Shown here one piece after another: positions 48,051-54,591 of a stretch of 64,000 nt of DNA. This stretch comes from an uncultured Oscillospiraceae bacterium (lineage in GTDB: Bacteria > Bacillota > Clostridia > Acetivibrionales > DTU013): the NCBI GenBank assembly GCA_964490975.1, contig CAZBEQ010000010.1, forward strand, positions 8,837 through 72,836. The letters are read 5' to 3'. How positions within the stretch are numbered: position 1 is the first letter of the stretch; every line of letters begins with the position of its first letter. Made by a program: the position numbers and the translations under genes. The notes below the pieces were generated by a model. The model was not told the DNA's origin and searched no databases. It saw only the letters and a program-made list of their open reading frames with translations.

Positions 48051-48079
48051 ATTCTACCCTTCTTTCTGAAATCTTTCAA
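48051..48079 (-). promoter_or_regulatory. Candidate SigA-type promoter of the four-gene operon
   Basis: On the minus strand: TTGAAA (48074-48079), a 17-nt spacer, TAGAAT (48051-48056). Confidence 0.5.
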
Positions 48080-48522
48080 CATTCGCGCAGAATTTGTTAC
48101 AATAGATTGGTCTTGAACCAAATGAAGAGAAGTGAGTTTGCTCACTTCCCTCTATCTGGCTTTCTCCATTTCACTTTAAAATCATTATTTTTTATCTGAT
48201 ACTATAAACTATATTCTGCTACTAGCTCTATTTTTGAAGCATCCTATACACTATAAGTGCAACATCAACACGTTTTGCAGGCTTTGTACTATCTAGCTCC
48301 ATGCCTTCTGTCATATAATTTTCTTTTAAGTATTTTAGATAATTTTCCTCTGCGTTTTACTATTATATTATTACGGGTCTGCTTGTATTTTCTCATCAAC
48401 AATAAAAGCTTTTGATACTATTTTTGCCCACTGACCATTGGTTAAGGTATCCTTTGGCCCTAAATTCTCTTTGAATTAAATAACTATATAGTGATTACTT
48501 ACCTGTACCAGAATTCAGAGGT

Positions 48523-49533
48523 TTATATCTTTATCCGATCAATTAGCGATAGACTTTTATCTTTGATATGTACAATTGTACTGGCAAGATGAACATAATT
48601 GTTCAATACCGAGAAACTCTCGTGTCCAGTACTGAGTCTTAGGCTAAAAATATCTCCGCCTGCGGCGAGATACATAGTGCAATATGTATGTCTGAGTAGG
48701 TGCGGGTATATTTTTGTTATCCCTGTTTTTCCCCGTAGCCGCCGAAATAATTGTTTTATTGTTGCCTGAGTGATTGCCGTGCCATCCTCCTTCAAAAATA
48801 AGCTTTCAACCTTTACGCTGGCTGGCTCCGGCCTTTCTTGATTGACATACCTGAATATCATCTTCTGCATGTTAATTCCGAAACTTATAAATCGTTCCTT
48901 ATTACCCTTTCCCAAAACTTTCAAGGTGTTCTGATTAAGCCTAACATTAGCAAGCTTCAGTTTTGTAACTTCCTCAAGTCTGAGTCCACACTCAATCATA
49001 ATTGAGATAATTACCAGGTCTCGAAGATGGTTTGTCTTCTTGCTATCAAGATATTTTAAAATAGTATGTATTTCTTCTTCTGTTAAAATCTCAATAGCAG
49101 GTGCTGTAGCCCTCGGGAGTTTAATTTCAGATGAAACAGTCCCATTCAGATAGCCTTCATCTTCCATCCATGCCGTCCAAGCCTTTAGTGCCCTTATATA
49201 TGTTTGTACCGACTTTGAGGTTAATTGCCCATCAGATTCGATGTGTTGGGTTTTAGCCCACTTTTTAGCGGTCTTAAGGTATAGAATATACTTTTTGATT
49301 TGTTCCTTGGTAATGCTGGATGTGTCTGTATCCAAACACTGTTCTTCAAGATAGGATATAAATCTGTCAATGTTGCCTTTGTAGTACTCCACTGTGGCCT
49401 TTGAGTTCCCTCGGCAGCTTTGCTCAAACAGAAACCCATCCTTCATTTTTTCCAGACTGAATACATGAATAGCATCCTTCCCGCAATCCATAAAACCTTT
49501 TCCTGAGTTGTTTTGATTCCTTGATTTGTTCAT
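48523..49533 (-). CDS. Site-specific tyrosine integrase
   Basis: N-terminal SAM-like core-binding domain (KATVEYYKGNIDRFISYL) and a catalytic domain with GLRLEE, HLLRHTYCTMYL and LNNYVH. The ATG at 49531-49533 is preceded by GGAGG. The longer track ORF reads through two tRNA genes. Confidence 0.9.
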   Translation of the reverse strand: MNKSRNQNNSGKGFMDCGKDAIHVFSLEKMKDGFLFEQSCRGNSKATVEYYKGNIDRFISYLEEQCLDTDTSSITKEQIKKYILYLKTAKKWAKTQHIESDGQLTSKSVQTYIRALKAWTAWMEDEGYLNGTVSSEIKLPRATAPAIEILTEEEIHTILKYLDSKKTNHLRDLVIISIMIECGLRLEEVTKLKLANVRLNQNTLKVLGKGNKERFISFGINMQKMIFRYVNQERPEPASVKVESLFLKEDGTAITQATIKQLFRRLRGKTGITKIYPHLLRHTYCTMYLAAGGDIFSLRLSTGHESFSVLNNYVHLASTIVHIKDKSLSLIDRIKI

Positions 49534-49563
49534 ATTACGCCTCCGAAATTTATTCATGAGCGA

Positions 49564-49595
49564 AAAATCAAGGTGCCTCAAAATCAAGGTGCCTG
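49564..49595. repeat. Two tandem 16-nt repeats AAAATCAAGGTGCCT(C/G) between int and att
   Basis: Exact 15/16 duplication. AATCAAGGTG also occurs inverted inside the att core (tRNA anticodon stem region, about 49671-49684). Confidence 0.8.
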
Positions 49596-49607
49596 GTCCA
49601 AGACAAT

Positions 49608-49640
49608 AAAAAACCCCGTAACCTTTGAGATTACAGGGTT
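49608..49640 (-). terminator. Terminator immediately after tRNA-Lys (island-borne)
   Basis: On the minus strand: AACCCTGTAA...TTACGGGGTT stem (one G-U pair) followed by TTTTTT. Confidence 0.7.
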
Positions 49641-49716
49641 TGGTGAGCCATCGCGGATTCGAACCGCGGACACCTTGATTAAAAGTCAAGTGCTCTGCCA
49701 ACTGAGCTAATGGCCC
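49641..49716 (-). tRNA. tRNA-Lys (TTT); its 3' 48 nt form the proximal att repeat
   Basis: The reverse complement reads GGGCCATTAGCTCAGTTGGCAGAGCACTTGACTTTTAATCAAGGTGTCCGCGGTTCGAATCCGCGATGGCTCACCA. Confidence 0.92.
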
Positions 49717-49720
49717 GTAC

Positions 49721-49797
49721 TGGCTGGGATGGCTGGACTCGAACCAGCGAGATGCAGGAGTCAAAGTCCTGTGCCTTACCGGCTTGGCTACATCCCA
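49721..49797 (-). tRNA. tRNA-Gln (TTG)
   Basis: The reverse complement reads TGGGATGTAGCCAAGCCGGTAAGGCACAGGACTTTGACTCCTG...GGTTCGAGTCCAGCCATCCCAGCCA. Confidence 0.88.
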
Positions 49798-49818
49798 TCA
49801 TTTTATAACGCAAAGACA

Positions 49819-49847
49819 ATTATAAAGGCAAGTACGCCATTTGTCAA
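49819..49847 (-). promoter_or_regulatory. Consensus SigA promoter for the tRNA-Gln/tRNA-Lys pair
   Basis: On the minus strand: TTGACA (49842-49847), a 17-nt spacer, TATAAT (49819-49824), about 20 nt upstream of the tRNA-Gln 5' end. Confidence 0.75.
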
Positions 49848-50427
49848 GCGAAATAACTGACATCGAGGCATCACCCCGAAGCATCTCATTTGAAAAAGTA
49901 AATTCCACCTCAATTTCAAAGGTGGCGGAATTAAGTTCTGCAAATTAGGGGGAATAGGAGAAGTGGAAGTTACTTTTGCAAACATTTGTATTATGTGATA
50001 TTCGTTCACGGCACCCCGGGATGTCAAGGGCGGGTGGTTTCTGCCTGTTCATCGTAGGCAAAGCCGAAGACCCTTTACATCCATTGCACGTATATCCTTT
50101 TGTCTCCGGTCTGTTTTTACGACAGACCGGCTGCCCTTCGGCGAGGACAGAGTTTGGAACAGAGTCCCAAGGTTTTGTGTTTTTAACAATTCAAATTTCC
50201 AGAACCAATAGGGAAATCTGTCTTTCATAAAGTTATGATGTCTTTGGTGGTGCCTTTTAAGAGGTACGTATGAAGAAGAAGCCAGAGTAAAATAAGCCAT
50301 TCAAAACTGAATAAACGCAGATATAATCAACAATACGGAGTCCTGTAGAATTTACTTTTGCAAAGTGGAAATTACTATTTCAATTGACCTCACCCCGAAG
50401 CATCACCAATACAAGCACTTAGCTATT

Positions 50428-51300
50428 TTACCCTTGAATTAAGTTATACCCGCTGTATGTTACCACCAAAGCCTGTTTATCATTTAGTGATATGTGCGGT
50501 AATGGCAGATCTGTTCTTGCCTCAGCATCATCCTTACAGTGTACGGATATATAGGCATTAATCAAGCACAAACCTGCTGCGTTTTCGTCAAATGGGCTAC
50601 AAATATTTGGAGTGGCAATTATGCTGCCAGCGCTCACACCAATATAGACCTTGTTTGCGTAAACCATCTTTTTTATGATAGTGTCAAAGCCCGTTTCTTT
50701 GATCCTCTGAAGCAAATGGCCGGTATCCCCTCCTGTGAAGTAAATGATGTCATATTTCATTGCATCATTTTCAGACAAGCTGCCATCAATCTCATGCTCA
50801 AAAATATTTTCCAGAGATATACCAATATTTATCAGTTCACGTCTGCACTTATTTACCATTTCTTTTGCCACATCATCAATAGCTGCAGTTGGTATAAATA
50901 GTACTTTAGCGATGCCCACAGGTTTAGCAAGCATTTTTCGGAAACAATCAACAATATTCTGCTTTTGGTTTCCATCCATATCCTCAAATCCGGCTGACGT
51001 GAGCAACACATTCTTCCAAACCTGCTTTCCGCTTTCAGCTGCCCAATGGCGGCAGACCTCTACCCTAGCACCTTGTGGCTTGTCGCCGTGTTCCGGGTCT
51101 AGATATGAATAAGCATAGAGCTTGGCACATGGAATAGTATCGCACTCGCCACAGTGTATTAGTCCTTTATCCTGACAGCATATTGCTATCGGACATTTGC
51201 CATGAAACGGCTGACCCATTGTTTCGATACAACCACCACAACCACAGGTTTCCTTCCACTCGCAGTCTGTACAGTGCAATCCGCAGCGTGAATCAATCAT
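50428..51300 (-). CDS. Fusion protein: Cys-rich DUF3795-like N-terminus plus peptidase E (S51) / class I glutamine-amidotransferase-like domain
   Basis: N-terminus CGLHCTDCEWKETCGCGGC...CPIAICC...CGECDTIPC. C-terminal part LLTSAGFED...FIPTAA...IYFTGGDTGHLL...IGVSAGSII (S51-like nucleophile context). Confidence 0.72.
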   Translation of the reverse strand: MIDSRCGLHCTDCEWKETCGCGGCIETMGQPFHGKCPIAICCQDKGLIHCGECDTIPCAKLYAYSYLDPEHGDKPQGARVEVCRHWAAESGKQVWKNVLLTSAGFEDMDGNQKQNIVDCFRKMLAKPVGIAKVLFIPTAAIDDVAKEMVNKCRRELINIGISLENIFEHEIDGSLSENDAMKYDIIYFTGGDTGHLLQRIKETGFDTIIKKMVYANKVYIGVSAGSIIATPNICSPFDENAAGLCLINAYISVHCKDDAEARTDLPLPHISLNDKQALVVTYSGYNLIQG

Positions 51301-51466
51301 GTTTACACCTCTGTTCGTTTTTTGATAGAACTTCCTGTTCCTCTCCCAATATGGCCGGGAGACTGTGACCGGGAGACAGCCACAATATCTTAAGCCGAGT
51401 CCCCCCGTCTCTCTTTTACAATCATACCATTGTAAACATGACAGCAGTCTGTCATGTTCATTTTAT

Positions 51467-52420
51467 TCACCGTATCTTAGTTATGACATGTTCGTCGATA
51501 CGCCTTACAACACCGTATGTGTACGGTGTGAAGTATTTGAGCCAGAAGCCATGAGCCGCCGGGTTGATACTTTCGAAGTCAACGCCCAGATAGGTATAGT
51601 CCTCACTTTTCAGGGTGCTAACCACTAAATTTAGCAGATGCTGAGGTACTCCCATACCGCGGTATTCAGGGAGGCAGAAAGCGCCATTTACATGAATATA
51701 ATCGGGCATTTCGCATATAAAGGTTTCTCCGGTCCTTTCAACTTTAAAGAAGGCAATTATTTTACCCTTACTTTTTGCCGCAAAATAACGGGAATGGTTT
51801 TGGATCGAGTTATCTGTAAATGATGTCTCTGTTTCGGACTGCCGCAGAATGAATGTCGGGCTTGATGCCATATGTACATCCAGCATATGTACAAGCGTCA
51901 GGACATTTATATACTCATCAGGCACAAGTTCTACATATTCAAAGTCATTGCTTTTCAGTGTCTCAACCTCATCCATTCCCCGTATTGCATCAATACAGCG
52001 TATACCAAAGCCATAACAGAAAAACTGTTCCTGCCCCGCAATATCATGGGCATACAGGCAAACCGCATGGCTTGATGCCCCGGCCTTTGCCCATTTATCG
52101 CCCGCTGCCTGATACATCCTGGCATATATTGATGCACGGTTTTCGAGCATTGTCCCATTTGCGTACATAGGTGAGAATACCCCAACTGCATCAGTTGAGC
52201 CAAAAGCATTGCCAAACGGCGATACAGTACACATGAAACCGACCATATTGCCTCCCTCAAAGGCTGCGACGCCAAGATTGTTCTCAGCAAACGGCCTCAG
52301 GTCAGGAATTTCATTTACAGGTGGCAGCATATGGCAATAACGGCACTCTGCCTCATAATTTTGGCAGGCTATTTGCCTGGCCGCCTCAATATGTTCAATA
52401 CCAAAATCAACAATTTTCAT
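51467..52420 (-). CDS. GNAT family N-acetyltransferase (two-domain)
   Basis: 317 aa. The C-terminal acetyl-CoA motif region is YRGMGVPQHLLNLVV. Confidence 0.7.
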   Translation of the reverse strand: MKIVDFGIEHIEAARQIACQNYEAECRYCHMLPPVNEIPDLRPFAENNLGVAAFEGGNMVGFMCTVSPFGNAFGSTDAVGVFSPMYANGTMLENRASIYARMYQAAGDKWAKAGASSHAVCLYAHDIAGQEQFFCYGFGIRCIDAIRGMDEVETLKSNDFEYVELVPDEYINVLTLVHMLDVHMASSPTFILRQSETETSFTDNSIQNHSRYFAAKSKGKIIAFFKVERTGETFICEMPDYIHVNGAFCLPEYRGMGVPQHLLNLVVSTLKSEDYTYLGVDFESINPAAHGFWLKYFTPYTYGVVRRIDEHVITKIR

Positions 52421-52461
52421 AATGATTAACTCACCTCATTAAATCAATAGCAATATAGATT

Positions 52462-53472
52462 TTACCTTCTGTTCTTTAGCCTTGATCTGCGCTCAACGAA
52501 AACTGCCTCACGCTTTTGATCAAGATATCTCTCCCATTGTATTCCCGACAGGCTGCCATCCTTAAGTGCCTTTTGTACGGCACATCCCGGTTCGGTTTTA
52601 TGTGTACAGTCTGAAAAACGGCACCTGCTGATAAGCTCCTCAACGTCTGAGAAAGCTGCGCTGATTCCCTCTTCTGCATCCCAAAGACCAAGTTCACGCA
52701 TACCGGGTGTATCAATTATCATAGCACCGGAAGGCAGCCTTATCAATTGCCTGTGTGTCGTTGTATGACGGCCGCGTGCGTCATCTTCACGTATCTGCCT
52801 GACAGTCATCAGGTCCTCACCCGCCAAAGCGTTCAGCAAGGATGATTTTCCAACGCCGGACATTCCAAGGAACACAATAGTTTTTCCAGTCTTCAGATAA
52901 TTGTCCAGTCTGTCAAATCCAAACCGCGTATGGCTGCTCAAAACAATAATATCTACATCATTTGCAATTTCACGTATTGCCTTGACCTGCTCATCCCAGT
53001 TCCCGCATAGGTCAGCCTTGGTCAGGATCATGACCGGTATGCCGCAGCTTTGCCTTGCCTGTGTAAGATAGCGCGAGATACGTTTCACATTGAAATCCTT
53101 ATTCAATGACGACACAATAAATACATAATCAAAATTAGCAGCCACCACCTGTTCCAATACTGTTTTGACATAACCCGCTGCGTGGCCTGAAAAATCCGTG
53201 CGTGAAAACTTTGATTTGCGCGGTAATACCTCTGCAATGCTTGAATTGCCGCAATCGTTGTATTTGAGCAGTACAAAATCACCTACTGCAGGATAATCAC
53301 TTCTTTCTAAATTCCTTTGAAAAAATGAGCCTTTGATATTCGCTGAAACTTCTCCATACTCACATATTGCTTTATACAGCTCACGATGTACCTCTGTGAT
53401 CCTCGCAGGGATAAGATTATCATTAGTATTTACTTCATTGGAACAATATCCGTAATCCTTCATATTTATCAT
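52462..53472 (-). CDS. rsgA: Ribosome small-subunit-dependent GTPase A
   Basis: Circularly permuted GTPase with TKADL (G4), GMSGVGKSSLLNAL (G1) and DTPGMRE (G3), plus the C-terminal zinc motif CRFSDCTHKTEPGCAV. Confidence 0.9.
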   Translation of the reverse strand: MINMKDYGYCSNEVNTNDNLIPARITEVHRELYKAICEYGEVSANIKGSFFQRNLERSDYPAVGDFVLLKYNDCGNSSIAEVLPRKSKFSRTDFSGHAAGYVKTVLEQVVAANFDYVFIVSSLNKDFNVKRISRYLTQARQSCGIPVMILTKADLCGNWDEQVKAIREIANDVDIIVLSSHTRFGFDRLDNYLKTGKTIVFLGMSGVGKSSLLNALAGEDLMTVRQIREDDARGRHTTTHRQLIRLPSGAMIIDTPGMRELGLWDAEEGISAAFSDVEELISRCRFSDCTHKTEPGCAVQKALKDGSLSGIQWERYLDQKREAVFVERRSRLKNRR

Positions 53473-53904
53473 AAAAAATCCTCCAAATCATTTTTGTTGA
53501 CGTTACTGTGGGAAAACACAACCATTTTTCATCATTCCTTTCTTCATAACAGGCCATAGGCGCAAAAATACCGCAAACAAGCAGCCTCGATGGAGACTGC
53601 GTCTGCGGTATTTATCAGGTAATGCCTACAAATAAAAAGAACACGACCTAAATCGTATTCACACGAAAGCAGTATGCACGAAAGGTTACTATTATGCGGC
53701 GCATAAATATAAAGAGGTCATCCCCTTAAATTGATATCAATTATGCGCCTATTATTCAGTTTCGAGTCAAAACCACCAAACTGTTATAAAATGTCATACT
53801 TGAACATCCCCTTTCGTACTCATATTACCAAAATCTGATATGATTAGTATAGCCTATAATATTAGCGAGGTCAATAGATGATGTCCCATCAGCCTTGCAG
53901 CAAG

Positions 53905-54054
53905 CCTCAACTTTTTGCTCAGTTTTCTAAGTGATGGTAATTCTATAGCATTACACTCAACTTCTTGCTCAACTTTTCCGGTAAGGGCAATTGTATAGCT
54001 CGCACCTCTATTTTTTGCTCATTTTTTTCGGTAAGGGCAGCTTTTATTAATATA
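53905..54054. repeat. Three tandem ~50-bp degenerate repeats
   Basis: Units start at 53905, 53955 and 54005. They share CTCAACTTnTTGCTCA...TTTTCCGGTAAGGGCA. Confidence 0.7.
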
Positions 54055-54315
54055 TTATTGAATCATCTCCATGAATAGGTAACATAATTAGCTCATAACC
54101 TGCTTTTTGACAACCAGCTATGGCTGTATGGCTACCCTTAGCGTAAATTTTGAGCAGTTTTTGACTAGAGTATGAGTTAGGGAAATAAGAGTTAGCAATT
54201 TCGCCATAGATATCCCGGCCTTACAATCAGGAGCAGAGTCAAGATAAAAGGCTCTTTGCCGGCGGCGGTACCTTTAGACAAAATAAAAAAGAGACCGTAT
54301 CAACAGCCTCTTTTT

Positions 54316-54393
54316 TGGGGTGAGCTATGGGAGTCGAACCCACGACCTCCAGGGCCACAACCTGGCACTCTAACCAACTGAGCTAAGCCCACC
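54316..54393 (-). tRNA. tRNA-His (GTG) with encoded G-1
   Basis: The reverse complement reads GGTGGGCTTAGCTCAGTTGGTTAGAGTGCCAGGTTGTGGCCCTGG...GGTTCGACTCCCATAGCTCACCCCA. Confidence 0.9.
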
Positions 54394-54591
54394 ATACATA
54401 TGACGTTTTTAGCGACATATGCTATTTTAAGGCACGTAACGTCTTTTGTCAAGTGGGAATTCAACAACCATGTGAATTCAACAACCACTAAACCCACTCA
54501 ACCAACTACTCAACCAATCAGCATGTTATTAGCTTGACGCAAGGCTCGGACGCACTCACTTGCTTGCTATGCTATGGCATGAATTTTCTAT

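Larger units (their letters stand above)
34213..49688. mobile_element. Integrated genomic island (about 15.4 kb) in tRNA-Lys(UUU), with tyrosine integrase, defence-like cargo and decayed remnants
   Basis: A 48-bp direct repeat bounds the region. An intact integrase lies about 100 bp from the tRNA 3' end. The interior is visibly more AT-rich than the flanks, and a truncated second integrase is present inside. Confidence 0.78.

Noticed and set aside
48002-48522. A missing DruA-like or regulator gene between the operon and the integrase
   Set aside because: There is no ORF of at least 60 aa on either strand. The region is AT-rich and contains only the candidate promoter and operator.
48523-49764. 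413-aa version of the integrase ORF from the track
   Set aside because: Its first 77 codons read straight through tRNA-Lys and part of tRNA-Gln. An internal ATG at 49533 with a GGAGG RBS gives a normal-length integrase.
49803-50300. Track ORFs 49803..50027, 49976..50230 and 50049..50300
   Set aside because: They mutually overlap on both strands in a hairpin-rich region and have no RBS. The tRNA promoter also lies within the first one.
51301-51466. Possible riboswitch in the leader of the DUF3795-peptidase gene (direct repeats GTCTCCCGG x2)
   Set aside because: I could not match it to any known aptamer consensus. The only clear structure is a 10-bp hairpin that more likely terminates the upstream GNAT gene.
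54300-54497. 65-aa minus-strand ORF
   Set aside because: It reads through tRNA-His.
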